64,000 nucleotides of DNA. It comes from Amoebophrya sp. A120 (taxonomy: Eukaryota; Protista; Dinoflagellata). A program made the translations under genes and the position numbers. The stretch covers positions 3,614,265 to 3,678,264 of the forward strand of contig CAJINV010000007.1 in assembly GCA_905178155.1 (NCBI GenBank), written 5' to 3'. Under the pieces are notes generated by a model. It was not told the DNA's origin. It made no database searches and was given only the letters and a program-made list of their open reading frames with translations. Positions 1-13,907 of the stretch are shown one piece after another; position 1 is the stretch's first letter, and each line of letters starts with the position of its first letter.

Positions 1-3000
1 AGCCGACCGAGGTGGAGTCGGAAGAGACGAAAAAGCTAAGGGAGATCAGCAACAAACTTTTGCCGGTGCTGCAGAAGTGCATAAAATGGGGCGCGGACGA
101 AAAGACAGCAAACGCATCCAAGAGCAAAACCATGGAACGCGAAACGGTCGAGTGCTACGGGTACAGCCCAGTTTTAATGGCTAGCGAGGACTAATTCATC
201 ATGTTCGCTGACGCAGTCAACATCGCTTTTTTATACAGAACTTTTTTATAACACTTTGGATATGATCGCAGTAGGAGCTTGTTGCACAGCACTACTTTGA
301 AGTTGTTTATGAAACACTGCATCGATAATTCCGACGACGAAATGCACCGTTGTACTACACCTACTTCAAAACAGCGTCGTCCCACTGAAGGCCATGGTCG
401 CTTACCTGGAGCTGCTGACCATCAAGTACATCCCGACAACCCTTCCCGTCGAGGAAATCCACGTGGATTTGATCACTTCGCTCAAGCAGATTTTCCGCGA
501 GCTGGTCCAGTCCTGTTTTGACTACCTGAACAACACACAGGCGAATATCACCTGAAAATTAACCATCCCCATCCAATTTGTCGTGCAAAACACGTAGCAA
601 GTTCTGTGTTTGTCATGCAAAAAGTGGATGGGGATGGTTAATTTTCAGGGAATAGGGAAGTGGGGCATCGAATTCGACCCGATCGTAAAGGAGGAACTGC
701 ACAACTTCGGCTGCGAAGTGTTGATCAAACTCCACGAGTACGTGGAGAGGAGGATGAACGCCATCCCCGGCCATTTGTTGGATCAGTTGATCGTGCTTTC
801 CGTGGGCGTTTTCTACTACAACGCGACCACAAACCGGCTCTGCGACGCCGCCGAGAAGTTAGCGATCAGTTTCTACGCGAAACCGGCGACAGCGGAGAAC
901 ACGTCGAACGTGCGGAAGTCGATTTTCCAGGAGATTTTTGTCAACTTGAACAAAATCCCGCACAAGAAGATGAAAAGGAAGGAATTTTTGTCGCAGTCGG
1001 AGAATTTAACCGTTTGGACCAGGTTCTTTCTCCGGTTGCTCCAATCCGGCTGCAACCCCTACGATTTCCAGATGGATTTGGCGTCCACCGATGATATTGA
1101 CCAGATGGTCAAGACGAACAGCACTATGGTGACGGACGAATATCTGAAGAAAATGTACGAAGAGACGAACGCCCGCGTCGTCACGTTCGCGTGGCAGTTT
1201 GTCCGCACGGTGCTGAAGCCGTCCACGAAGTCAAGGGCCTTGCCCGACGAGGCGAAGGAATTGCTGGAGAATAGTTTGACGGAACTGATGTACGCCACGT
1301 ACGAGCTGCCGCAGTACCCGGTCGCGGTGCTACTGTTGGAAAAATTCACCAGGATTTTCCAAAACTTCGCCGTCTCCTCTGGGGAAAAAGTGGACGCGTC
1401 AACGAGGGATGTCAGTTGCAAGATGCTCGCCTTAATCCAGGCCCGGTGGCACAAGGAAGTGCAGCTCGGCGCCGCGGACGACTGGGAGGACCCGTACACC
1501 ATGAATATGAAGTCCCGGCAGGTGGCGCCCGATCGGGACGAGGCGTTGGACGAGTTGTTCAATGATGATATCGCAGTAGGAGATGACGGGAAGAAAACCG
1601 ACCCAGAGGACGCAATTATGTTGAATAACGAGCAAGATTTAGCCGCACTAGGTGCGGCGTTGGCGGGGAGTAAATTGCCGGCTGTAGAGCAAGCAGCTCC
1701 AGCCGCTGATGCAGCTATGGACATCGACTTTGATAATGGAGCGGCCCCCGCGAATCCGAACGAAGCCGGAGAACAGATAAAAGACGAGCCGAAGCTATGG
1801 ATGCGTCAGGTTTGAAATCGTCAAAGTTGAAATAGTTTGTCATGCATAAAACGGATACCAGTTTGTTAGACCTACAGTCTGTAGTCGGTGCGTGACAAAT
1901 TTTCCCGGTCCTGGAAGCGAGTCTGTCATGCGGTTTAGGGCAAAAGGGCTGCCTTCTGTCATGCTAGTTAGCAGTCCAACTTTTGACCCTTACCAGGACT
2001 AGAATCTGCCTCCCGTGGGTCCTCTGCAATAGAGTCACGTTTTGTATCGCATTTTATGCATTACAAATTATCACGTTTTGTATCGCATTTTATGCATTGT
2101 TGGCGAAGTGAGGACTGTGTGCGAAAGTAAGGAAAAGGCGGCGTAAAGTTGGATGTGCCCGGGGATGATGGTGATGGCTTCGGTCCGCCTGACTCCGCGA
2201 CCTGGTGGCCGAACCACGTGCGGTTCGGTGCCCTTACAGGTTGTGTAGTGGTTTCGGTCGGTTTAGCATTACAAATTATCTCAACTTTGACGATTTCAAA
2301 CCTGACGCTTCCATAGAAGCAGTCTTCTGACGAGAACGAGCAGGCGATCAAAGTGGACCAGGATTTACTGAAGGAGGAAAATGAGCAGAACAAAATCAAG
2401 GCCAGCTTTCCCGGCAATTCCAGGCCGGACAACTTTTTCGAACTCGAGGAAATGTTGAACAAGAAGGGGGGGACTAATAACCCCGGAGACAAAAACAAGA
2501 TGAACAAAAAGAAGAAATCATCAGACGAGAAGTCCGAATACGACCATATGAACGAAAGGTGTTGGATGCTGTTTGACGCGTTGTTTAAAGAGAAGCCAGC
2601 ACTTTATGGAAAATCCGAGGAGCAGATGTTCAAGGACCTGCAAAATGGCGGGGCGAACAGCAGTGAGGAGGAGCGCATTCTGCAGCAACTCGCTTCTGGG
2701 AACACGGGCTCCTCCACGCCATTAGGGCTGACGGAGAAGGAATTTGAGTCCAGCTGTTTGTGGCAACACCAGCTTCTGCTGCTCCGGCACTTGGAGACCT
2801 GCGCAGGGGGCGGGGAGATGGTGTTCGTGCCACCCAGGGACACCGTGATAGACGAAGAAAAGAGTGCGGAGGAAGAGGAAAATGCTGCGGAGGCGGCAGA
2901 AGTAGACGTAGAGCCAGCAGAGGAGGAGCCAGCGACCTCGAGTAAGCAGAAGAAAAAGGGTATGAAGTCCGCGCCTGAGCCGAAGAAAAAGTCGAAGAAA

Positions 3001-6000
3001 GAGGAGCAAGCGTCCGCGTCGAACAAAAGAGCGAAAGAAGAAGCAGTAGCTTCTCCAAAACAAAAAAAAGCTTCCTCAGCCGACGCGGCGGGTGGCGCAC
3101 CAGCGGGCAAGGAAACCGCAAAAAAAGAGACGAAAACCACCACGAAAAATTCTTTGGTGAGCTTTCGCGACTGCGTGGTCCCGCCTGATCACACGATTTT
3201 TGCGAGAAGTTTTTTGATATGCTACTGGTACCAGAAGGAAGAGGGCAAGAACAGACTTTTGCTGAGGATGTTCACGGACGGTGTGCCACAGCCAGGAAAT
3301 GCGGACTCCTTCCTGCAGGAGGAAAGGAGAACAATTTCCAGACTAGGGCTGATTGGAGACACAGTACTATTCGAAAAAAATTTACGAGTTTTTTTGTGTA
3401 GTGGAGCAGCCTCTTACATGTGTAATTGAGGTTAGGTTTACTGGGTCGGAAAGATATGCACGATTTCTTCACAGTGGAGAATAGAAAAACTAAATGCTCT
3501 CTTCAGGTCACCTCCTTGTTCAAAAAAGCGGTCGTGTGCTGGAACCAGCGGCTTTTGATCCAGGAGAAAGCCTTTTCTGCGTTGCTGATCTGCGCGCAGA
3601 ATAACTCCGCGCAACTCCGCCGAGTGGCGATCAACGGGATGAACTTGATTTTTCAGGAGAACCTCCCGCTCATCACCGACCCACGGGTGGTGCGATGTTT
3701 GGACACGAGGCTGCAAGATCTTTCCTCCTGGGTCCGGGGCGCAGTTCTCGACCTAATCGGCAACTTCATCGAGCAAGACCCGGGCGAGAAGGAGGACGAG
3801 GACGAACAGAACGCCAACCCAGGACCCGGAATGAGGAATCAAAAAGTCGTCGACTTGGCGAACTCCCACCGCGAGGACGTCCGGAAGGCGCCGGAATACG
3901 CGCAGATGCTCGAGACGTACTACAAAGCAGTGCGGGACAGGATTCAGGACACGACGATATCCGTGCGGAAGAAGGCGTGCACCATTCTAGCGGAGTTCAT
4001 CACCACAAACAGCGAGCACGACGACGTGGCGGATATCTGTGTGCAGTTGCTAAAACGCTCAACGTATGCAATGCAAAAGCATCGTACTTATTCTAGTATA
4101 AATTGCATTACAAATTTTTCCAAGAGGAAAAATGCAATTTGTCATGCTGGATAAGGTAGACAGTTACATTTGTCATGCATATACTGCAATTCATACGAGT
4201 ACGATACTTTTGCATAGGATACAACGGATAGTGACAACATGAAGGGCAAGATCATGGAGGCTTTTAACTCCTTGTGGTTCCACAAGGAAGTCGTGACGGC
4301 ACAAATGTGCACGCAACTAAGCGGAGTAGTCGGGGAATCGAGAAAGGCGGGGCAAGAGGAGTTCTTCAAGCAGTTGATCGACAACATGGATGTGCACGGG
4401 GACTCGAAGAGAAAGATTTTGAACACCTGGGCAACCAAGATTTTCGAGTGCTTCGTCGAGTCCGAAAGCAGTAGTAACGGTGGAAACAGCGAAAATATTA
4501 ACGTCAAAGAAGACGACGAGGACGACCTCATGGGCGGCGGTACTTCATCTGCCGCACTCGGCAGCACCCAACTCAACGAGAACAACAAGGAGGATGATGC
4601 GGCCTGGGGGAGGAAAGTCGCATTGTTGCACACCATGCGGGCGTTTTGCACGATCCAGCCGGAAAGTTACGCGAAACACCTGAAACAGCTGACGCTGTAC
4701 ATCAGGCTGGAAAATAACGCCAGTGCGAAGGACTTGACCATAGCATCGGAAATCTGTTTGCTCATGGCGGATTGTATCAAGAGCTTCTCCAGGCAGAATC
4801 GATCCAGTCGGGCGTCATTATCGCTAGACGCCGAGGATTTGACGCTGCATCTGAAAAGCATAATGGTACTGTCTGAGCAGAGTCTGTTTTGTCGTGTAGT
4901 TTTGTCTTCATTTAGATTAGTGCAGCCCGAGGAAAAACTATGGTTTTTTTTTGTGGTTGTAGAAGTACAACACTTTCGACAACCAGCAAAAGTCACAACG
5001 CTATCCGTATCCAAATCTACCTAATACACACTCTAGGTGGCCCAAGGCTATGTCAACGTGGTGTCCGCGGTGACCTGTCTCTGTGCCGTGGTGGAGCAAC
5101 TAACAGGGAATTGGAAGCGCGATGTGTACGACGACATACAGCGATACACCGGCGCCCTGTTCGCGTACTTGGATATGGTGAAACAAGCCCAACTGACGAA
5201 CGGCGAAGTTGCGGTCAAGCACAAGAGCAACATCAAACGCTGCCTCTCCATCGTGTCCACCATGTCCCACTGCGCAAAATTGGACCAGGTGTACAAAAAC
5301 CCCACGCTGTTTTCCCCCAACAGCGGTTCCCTTGGGAGTGCCGCCGACCAGCAGCCGCCAATAAAGGTAAGTCGAATGCTGCTGCAGAAAGAGGACCGAA
5401 TCGCAACCACGTTTTTGGATCTCTTACTCCAGTTCTACGCGTTTCAAGACGACGAGTATTCCCCCTTCGTATTGCCGTGTCTAGCCCGGTTCTTGATGAC
5501 CAACCGGGAATTCGTGCGGCAAAGGTCGGTCCAAGACGTTTTCCGGCACGCGTTGGAGAAGAGGAAAAACGCGTATGAGGATGACAGGATAGAGGTCGGG
5601 ATTATTTCGAACGAGGATGTAAACAGCGGCGCGGTGTCCAGCTCCGCGACAGAAGAGACGAACAACGTATCTTCAAATTTAGCATCTTCTTCCAACGGGG
5701 GAACAAACAATCTCGTTGAACTAAACCAACAAGCGAATAACATCATCGGCGAACAACAAGCGAAAGACGAAGCCGGGTCGTGGTATAAACCAACCGAGGG
5801 TGTTTTCGACGAGGAGACTAACTTCCGCAAGCCGGTCATTGTTCAAAAAGGCCTCAAAGCGCTCTGCGACTTGCTCGTGTACTTCGGGGAAGCCGCGGAG
5901 AAGGAAACAAATGAGAAGTACACCGACGCGGACAAATCCGACAGGAAAGGAGAGTTGTCCGCGGCGGAGTCCGCGAGTCCGTTAAACACCCATCTCGCCG

Positions 6001-8044
6001 CGGTGCTAGATCTGCTGTACCAACACCCGGACGTCGACGTCCGGTCGGATGCGATCGGGGTGGTCCGGCAGTTGGCGAACCAGGGGCTGTTGAACCCGAT
6101 GGCCGTTTTTCCACATATGGGATTCTCAATTGTTACATTCTCAACTGTTGCATGAATTTGTGATTGCAAGAATAGCAACACAACAGGGAAAGGCCGGATC
6201 TTGCAACCCTTGCATTACAAATTCGGCACAGATTCCCATGCTGTTTAGCCCTTCCAAGATTTGTCATGCGAGGCAGCTTCACTGTGTGGAGCCTCACCTC
6301 CAGGACTTCGGGGACCCCACTTTTCCAAGGTTCTTGGTTGTGGATGGTTCCTCGAGGTCTTTGTGGCGTTTTGGTAGTTTGGGTGCTCGCTTTGCATGAC
6401 AAATCATGTAACAGTTGAGAGTGTAACATTTGAGAACGCCATACCACAATTGGTCGGCTTGTGCTTCGAGACCGGCGACATTCCGCGACGGGCCACGGAC
6501 CTGGCGAAGCACATTTTGAACCAAAGAACGACCATGATCACCTCCCGCTTGCCGGAATGCATGGCGTACGGGTTCACGGCGTTGCTGCGGTGCGAAGCGT
6601 TGTTCGGGGGCCAGGAATCGATCAACTTTCTCCACTTTAACGCGATCTCGGAGATGTACCACGACGTTAGAAAAACAAAGAAAGTCCGGGAAACCATCCT
6701 CCAAACGCTGATCAATCAAGTGCAGAGTGTCGCGAGGGCGGACGACTTCGAGAAGCGGTTCCCACAGTTCGCCAACGAAGAGGATGTCTTGGTCGGAAAA
6801 TTGACGGACAACATGCCGGAATTCCAGGGCTTACCAGGGAAACACGTCTACAGAATACTGTATTCTTGTTTTGATCACGCAGCCCCCTTTAGGCTCTTGA
6901 CCTTCAGTGGGGACGAGTTTTGTTCTCTGCGTTATTTGACGTCCGATTTTTCGAGTTCCGCGTTGCACTTGCAGCTTTGCATTATTCGCGAGTTTATTTC
7001 AAGACCTCTGTAATCAAGTAAGTACTTAAATGAAAATGTAAAACCAAAAACGCGTTCTCAGGTACATCCAATTCCTCGCTTGCGTTCTGGGCGCTCTCCC
7101 TTACCAGTGCGAAGCCGAGCCGCTCTTTATCATACACCACATAACGAGATACACCATGCTTCAGGCCGACTCGCAAGTTTCGCAGTACGAGGGCGATCCG
7201 AACAGTGTGGATCCCATGGAAATCTTCTGCGTCACCGTTGGCAGTACGGCGCTGTCGGTTTTGAAAACGAAGCTGAAAGCGGAATACAACCTGTCAGGTA
7301 CCAGGAGGACAATTTTTACATACAGCTGCTTCTACTACCAAGCAGAGAACATCACAATTTCTGTTGCAAAGGAGCTGGAACGCTATTCAGAATGGTCCCT
7401 GTCAACATGCAAAACCTTGCTATAGGAGTAGGAGTACTACGAAGAGGAGTAGGAATAGCTGCATGTAACATTTTTATGCAAGCACCCAATACAAAATAAC
7501 AGATGAGCAGTGTCGCGACTACGAGCCCAACAACGCCAAAAACGATCGGCAATACAACAAACCGTTTTTCAACGCCGACAAGCAGGAGCGCGAGGGTGCC
7601 GACACCAACAACCAGGCAAACGGGGTTGGCAACCAGGCGAAAATTAAATTTCCCCTCGACCTCTGGCGGTCTGTCGCGGAAGAATTTTCCGTAGAGGCGG
7701 GCCGAAACATCGAGGTGTTGCGAAACCTGGCGTCGGAAGAGGGCGCTGCGGACGTGAACGTGAACAGAATACAGGGCTTGTTGAACAAAATGCAGGAGGC
7801 CGGGGTGAAAAAGAAAGGGAAGGGGCGCGGGAGAAAGGCAAAACTATCAGTCAATGTCAACAACGTCGCGGACGAGCTGGGGCTCGACCTGGGTGACGAG
7901 AAAAACGAGCTCAGCGCGTCTAAGTCCAAGAAAAGGAAAGCAAAAGAGGACGACGAAGGGGAATTCCTAGACGACATGGATGACGATAGCAAGGCGGGGA
8001 ACAAGAAAAATGGCGCGAAAAAGAAAAATGGCAAGAAGAAGTGA
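1..8044 (+). CDS. NIPBL: Nipped-B-like / Scc2 cohesin loader (multi-exon, starts before window)
   Basis: HEAT-region motifs typical of Scc2/NIPBL: RLQDLSSWVRGAVLDLIG, YYKAVRDRIQDTTISVRKKA, QGLLNPMAVFPQLVGL, and the Nipped-B_C-like ALPYQCEAEPLFIIHHI and YNLSDEQCRDYEP. Removed segments that restore frame: 161-374 (GT-AG), 546-659, 1796-2320, ~3319-3506 (GA-AG, uncertain), 4065-4226, 4866-5036 (GT-AG), 6116-6448, 6860-7061 (GT-AG), 7298-7502 (GT-AG). Stop at 8042-8044. Confidence 0.88.
546..654. mobile_element. Introner-like non-canonical intron (TAT...ATA, ~30-bp TIR)
   Basis: TATCACCTGAAAATTAACCATCCCCATCCA pairs with TGGATGGGGATGGTTAATTTTCAGGGAATA. Flanks are GCGAA/GGGAA. Removing 546-659 joins ...QAK-WGIE in frame. 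Confidence 0.85.
1796..2315. mobile_element. Introner-like non-canonical intron (~50-bp TIR, 5-bp DR GAAGC)
   Basis: TATGGATGCGTCAGGTTTGAAATCGTCAAAGTTGA... and ...TCAACTTTGACGATTTCAAACCTGACGCTTCCATA. GAAGC at 1791-1795 and 2316-2320. Removal restores EPK-QSSDE frame. Contains an internal ~28-bp direct duplication near 2035-2098. Confidence 0.9.
4065..4221. mobile_element. Introner family A copy (5-bp DR CAACG)
   Basis: TATGCAATGCAAAAGCATCGTACT...AGTACGATACTTTTGCATAGGATA. CAACG on both sides. Removal gives KRST-DSDNMKG. Homologous to 18868-19020 and, reversed, to 58172-58353. Confidence 0.88.
6116..6443. mobile_element. Introner family B copy (5-bp DR CCACA)
   Basis: TATGGGATTCTCAATTGTTACATTCTCAACTGTT...AACAGTTGAGAGTGTAACATTTGAGAACGCCATA. 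CCACA at 6111-6115 and 6444-6448. Removal gives VFPQLVGL. Reverse-complement homolog of 20635-20869. Confidence 0.92.
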
Positions 8045-9513
8045 GGAGATTGGGCGTGATCTTGTTCTGTAGCGCTCGTCCCAGCGGAGGTGAAGATTTT
8101 TCCCCTGTCACTTGTACTAGCCAAAAATTGACACGGTAGAAGCATGCTTGTAGTTCCGCGACGCTGTGGATGTAGTGTATCGTAGAGCTGATATTTTTTT
8201 TTTCGATTACCCCCATCAAAAAATGGGACCTACGCATTCCAATTTGATGAAGAAGATTCGAGAGTTTTTATATCGCATTATCACACCAACTTAGTTTCTA
8301 CGACATCTTCAGTCGCGCAGACGATGGAGATCGTGAGGAAGCACGTATTCCTCCTTCTGGATTTACGAAAAACGAAAACTAACTACGAAAATCGATGGAA
8401 TAACTCAACTACTATCTAGCCGTGATAAAATATCACGTGCGGCGTAGCGACAGAATGGTTGTATTGTCACCATGAAAGTATGACGAATGAAAGCGACACT
8501 GAAATAGAAGCCCTTTTGGCTTGGAAGTAGCTTGATATGAACTCTGAGGGAGAAAACCCAAAAGAAATCGAATCAAGCACTAAAAGAGCGCATTGCAGCT
8601 CAAGCCCAAGCATAGGGACACGCCAAAGACTGAATTCGCCCGTGTTCGTCCTCGTGCTACTACAATTTTTGCACATTCTTGAAAGAAAAATCCACACATG
8701 TCCTGTGGTCCTGGCTCCTCACAGCTGCGACTACATTTATCTCCTACTTCTTCAGCGCACTATTTATCAGTCTACGTACATCCTCGGTGCAGTTTATGGC
8801 GACAGTGTCAAGTCGGTTTGTGAATGATCTTTGTCCTTTTTGGAGCAGTAGAGTGATGTTGAAGAACGAAAGGCAAAAGAAATCATATAGTACTAGAAGC
8901 AGCCTGCACCTCCTGTACTCGGTTCATCAGAGTGGAAATCAACAACCCAAGCTCTTGGGGCAACAACAAGAACTAATCGAGTGTTTTTTGGCCCAGGTCA
9001 CCCATCGTCTTCCTCCACCTCAATACGAGATGATATTATCCAGCTCTTAGCAGTGAATGTATGATATCCAGCACTTCTCCTAGAAATGTACGATAAGAGA
9101 GATACAAGTGTACAATAGTCCTCTTCTCTTACTCTTTATCTTTTCTTTAAAAGTTGTGATTTACTACAGTGGTACTTTTTTTGGTTCGCCTTCGCACCAG
9201 GATAGCGCAAGGCTCAGTCATCCCACCTTGGTGGTGGTCCACGATATAATTATCCCTGCGATTGAAACAAAAGTAAGCCACTACCCACACAGCAACGAAC
9301 TCCACCGTACCCGCGCCGACATCGACGAGCAGATTCAATTCATCACCAAAAATCCGCCGCACGACTCTACGACCGCGTTGATGTGCAGATAGCCTCGTAG
9401 TTCCCCCTACTTCTTGGCTTTTGTTGAGACAAAACTTCCGGCATTGCCGTGTCGCATCGTTTATCCAGACTTTTCTCTTCCATGCTCCACCAAATTGAAC
9501 ACGACGCGGGAAG

Positions 9514-11361
9514 ATGTTTTTCTCCTCGTGCGGGTGCGAGGCGGCACGACAGTACTGCTACCCCGATAACAGACGAAGAAATCGAGCGATTATCTACACG
9601 GGCGGGGGAAGCACAGAGGAAACCGACTACGAGCTCAACGTCAACAGCAGAGGTAGTAGATCGTTATTTTGCTTGCGCTTCCTTTTTCTGTCATGCATGT
9701 AGTGCATACCTGCTTTTGCTTTTCGTTTATTTCCTTCGTACCTGTCATGCACGACGACCATCATATTCATAGCAAGTGCAAGTTAGTAGCACGACGAGCA
9801 GACGGGAACATCAGAATAACTTCCTCAGGTAACGACTTTGGTGAGCTTGCGTCCTTCGACGACGACCTCGACGATGACCAACCCGGTGGAGAAAAGAAGA
9901 GCGTCCCGCCCGACCTCGACCGCTTCATCAGTTTCGGCCCCGACGCGAATATCCTCGCGCCCCATGGACAGGGCAAGGTGGGCCGCCCGAGCGCAGCGGA
10001 AAGCAGTCCCGGGGACCGGAAAAGCTATTGTGAGGAAAAATCCCCCCTCCCCATACCAAAAAGGCGCACTACTGAAAATTTGCGATGCTGATTTGTGACC
10101 ACAAATCGCCCCTTATTGCAAGAGGGCAAAGCCAGAGAATCAGCCGCGTTTCGCAGGCACTTTGTAATGCTGTATCGCTTACAGAGGACGTGCCTGCCTT
10201 GCTAGGTGCCTACAACAGCAAAACGCCCCTACTCAGGCGCTGCGTCTGCCTGTAGTCCTCTAATGCTGGACAGATTGGATTTGTGTGCACAAATCCCGCA
10301 TCACAGATTTCGGCTTTGTTGGATATGGGAAGGGGGGATTTTTCACTTTGGTAAAAGCCGACAACTCGCCAGCACACTCACGATGGTTGCGGAATACGAG
10401 GAGGAGCTGTCCGAGCAGGAGAGGGAGCGAAGTAAGAAGAGCACTGAGAAAAGTACGAATGGATCTACTTCTTCGACAGGCGGCGGCGGCGGCGCAACTT
10501 CATCCTCAAACGCAACTGCAGCTGGAACATCAAGTTCATCTGGTGCGATGAACAAAAGCACAAGTGAAAACAGCAACACAACCCAAGCGCCGCGCAGCAC
10601 TCAGTCGCAATCGGATTCGTCGGTCATAGACATAGACGCCAGAATAGCAGTAATAGATTCGGAGAAAGAGAAGCAGAAAGAGAAAAAACCGCCAGACGAT
10701 ACGGATACCAGTACCAAGAACACAACAACTCCAGTGGTGAAGAAAGCAAGTAAGGTAGAGCCGAAAATTTCCGTAGTGCCCGAGTCGCGCTCGAGCCTCG
10801 GAGCCGCGACAAGTCGGCACAGCGAAACCATCATACAAAAACTAAATGGAGAGTGGTTGAACACTTCGCAGGAAAATTTTGAGGGTGTAATGGCAGCGTC
10901 CGGGGCGCCGTGGATGCTGAGGAAGGTATCTATTCTGGTTTCGATAAAAGTAGTACTTGAGATGAAGGTAGACCCTTCGACATCTGTTGCTACTGCTCCA
11001 TTAAGATTGATTGCACACGAAACAAATCGAAGGGATGTTGAAACTCGAAATTCATACTCAAATTAATTTTTCAGGCCGCAAAAGTGATGAACTTCGGCGT
11101 GAATAAGTCGCGACACCGGTTTCTTTTTGAGGACATCGAAGAGCTGGATTTGAAAACGAACACCACCATCCCGAAGACGAAGGCCACCATAACGCACGTT
11201 GGCGGCGTCGCCGGCGGGATGGAATTCCAGTTGCTGATCGACGGTCAGCCGCGGGAGGTGAAGGGGCCGATGGGGAAAGCGGTCACCCGCGCCTATATGA
11301 CAGACGACGTGTTTGTCATTGAAATTCAACCGGCGAAGGGGAAACGGGACGTGGTCAAAAG
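9514..11361 (+). CDS. Protein with low-complexity N-terminus and C-terminal FABP/calycin-like lipid-binding domain (3' end uncertain)
   Basis: Exons ~9514-9652, 9829-10025, 10359-10925 and 11075-11361 join in frame. KLNGEWLNTSQENFEGVMAASGAPWMLRKAA resembles the GxW...SENF..M.A.G....RK signature of fatty-acid-binding proteins. Confidence 0.6.
10026..10353. mobile_element. Introner-like non-canonical intron (TA...TA, 5-bp DR AAAGC)
   Basis: Imperfect TIR (GAAAAATCCCCCCTCCCCATA / TATGGGAAGGGGGGATTTTTC). AAAGC at 10021-10025 and 10354-10358. Removal joins GDRKS-RQLAST in frame. Confidence 0.8.
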
Positions 11362-11899
11362 GTATAGAATTGGTGTTGGCTCTGTTGTCGAACAACTGAA
11401 ACATATGACGATGCTAGCCGTAAAGCAAATAGAAATAGCACACTGCGCAGATAATAAGGCAGGCGCAAAGCAATCGGCTGAAACGTCAAAAACAGGCGAA
11501 TCGTCGACGAGGACACAATGGAAATGCAATGGATTGTCAGGAAAAAGGATCAGCCCGATGTTGTGTGTACTCGGATGTGGAAAAGGCAGCCAACGTCTGT
11601 GCCAAACTGAATCGCGACGACACGCCATGTGCTATAAATGCCTTTTCATCGACAACATCGACATCAGGATCATCAGAATAGAAACGAGAAGGATGAATGA
11701 AAGATCAAGAACTGAAGCTGCGCCCATTGAAGTTTCTGAAGCAGCAGTGCTTCCGAGTACGAGCACCACCCATCAATATGGAGCGGTGCGTTTAGCAAAT
11801 CCAAATGGTGTTCCCAACGGATATTCTTCGTCTTGTTGGACTGTGTTTTTTTTTGCTTTGCGTTGCTGTACAAATGAAAAAAAGCAAAAGCTCGATCCG

Positions 11900-13560
11900 G
11901 TAGATGAAAGTCCGGCACTTTGGTGCAATTTTGAGAAGGCGGGCGATGAGAAGCGAAAGCCCGGCGCCGTAAGAAGCCGAAAACCGGCCAGGGCTGAGGA
12001 CGGCACTCGGGCGATTCGTTGCGATTCCTCACCTGCGCCGCAACGGGACGGCAAGCGGGCCGGGCGGGGGAAGATAACGCGGGCCAAGGAATCCGGAACG
12101 CCCAACCCCTACGAGGCGCGGCCAAGGGCAGACGGGCGCGGTTCGCTGGGGGGGGGCGGGTCTGTATTGGCGCCGGGTATGGCGCTTCCCCGTCGAGCGC
12201 CCGCCCGCGCGGCGCCCGCTGCGTCTCGGCCCGCGTTTTCGTGCGCCGGCGCCTTCGTGAGCCGGCCCCTTCCGTTTAGATAGGAACGAGGCCCCTGGCC
12301 CGCCGGGGTCGGCAGACTCGGAGGGCCGGCCTTGGCCGGGTGGGCGGCCCGAAGGGGGCCGCGAACCGGGCGCCGCACTCGCGGCCAATATATGTTGCGC
12401 CGGGCTCCGCAAAGTACAAGCGAAGGCCGCGACGGCTGGCAGGCCGGTGGGGGGGGGGGGGCGGCAGAGGATCCCAGCGCGCACGATTGGCGTTGTTGGC
12501 AGTCCACTTCGGAAAGTGGGCAGATGGGCGCGCGGCTCCGCAGCCTGCAGAAGACCGCGCCGCCTCTGGCCGGCGTGCCGGAAAAGCGTGGGGTTGTCTG
12601 CCCGCAATCCCGGGCCCCGCAGTCCCGGATCATCTCGCCGACCTTGACGCGCTGACTTCTTGGGACTTGGCATACTCTCCGGGAGGACCTGGCCCCTTGC
12701 CGTGCCGTGCCCCGATGAATTGCGAGGCTAGGAGGCCGCCTCCCCCCGGGCAGGCAGTCTATCAATTCCCCGCGCTGAGCCGGCGCGCGCCTTCTTCCAT
12801 CAGCAGCCGGCTGAGCGCCGCTGCCATCTGTCTCCGTACGCCCTAGGGGGTTCGAAGCAACACGCGCGCGGTGCTGGACACCGCTTGCATTGGGCTACAT
12901 TTTCTCTGCGGGCGAGGCACTGCTTTCCTCTGCGAAATTTTTAGAGCAAAAGGGGCACGAGGCCGAGGAAGGAGCGGCGAACGAAGCAGGTACGGCAAAG
13001 CGCTGCCGTGTGTGTGCCCGGTGGGTGCATGCCGTGCCTGTGGGTCGTCCTCCTGATACATAGAAAGCGCGGCGCCGGCCCCGGTCGGGCCGGGAGCCTG
13101 GCGAGTGGCCTCCCAGGAGCGGACCAGACTTCCTCGCGCTCTTCATGTTTTTCGGCGAGCGGTGGCCTGTGGCCCCGCCCCCTTTCTGTGTGCCCCCCCC
13201 CCGCGGGGGCCATGCGCCGCGGGCAGCCAGCCAGCCAGCCAGCGCGCCCGCCCCTGCGTGGAGGTGGCGCGCGTTCTTTTTCTTGAGTGTTGGCGAAGCC
13301 CAAGGGCTTGCCCTTTTCTTTGTTGTGGGTCGGTGCGTCGGATGGCACCCATGTGACCTTTCTGCGGTGCGCGACCTGGCATATGTTCTTCTGTTGGTCG
13401 CCTGCTTGTACTTGTAGCACCGGTTGCCGCCGGCCGCGCCCGGCAGGCTCGCTGTCTCTCTTTGTTGGCTATCAGGCCGCGCCAATAGAGAAAGGCGGGG
13501 CGGGGGTGGGCGCCTCGTTTTCTTGGCCTGCCTGGCTTGGCCTACATCATTGTCGTATCG
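11900..13560. other. Very GC-rich, apparently non-coding block (probable repeat or TE remnant; ends approximate)
   Basis: Abrupt rise in GC and CCGG/GCGC content with poly-G/poly-C runs. ORFs in all frames are Arg/Gly/Pro/Ala-rich with no motif. No TIR or TSD found. Confidence 0.4.
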
Positions 13561-13907
13561 CAGCTACAAGATGAACGACCTCTGTTGGTGTTGCCGACCC
13601 CATTTGAATGGCGGAATTGAGTTGGGTCGTGTAGCTGATCAACCAGCGAAATTGTTCGCCACAACTACGACGAATTGCACCCATGGATGCGCTTGCCATT
13701 TATGCAGCCTCGCCCATGGTCGTGGGAGCGCAGTGTATGTAATTGCCACCGGTATCGTATGTTTGTAATACGAAACCAAAAGCGACGGACGACTGTCATC
13801 AAGGTCAAGCTGAAGCTAGGAGGGACCACAGAGAGAGCAAGGCACGAGCGGCGCAAACCTACTCACATCAGGCAATCTGTGTTTACCGAGTTCTTTTCCA
13901 TTCTTAA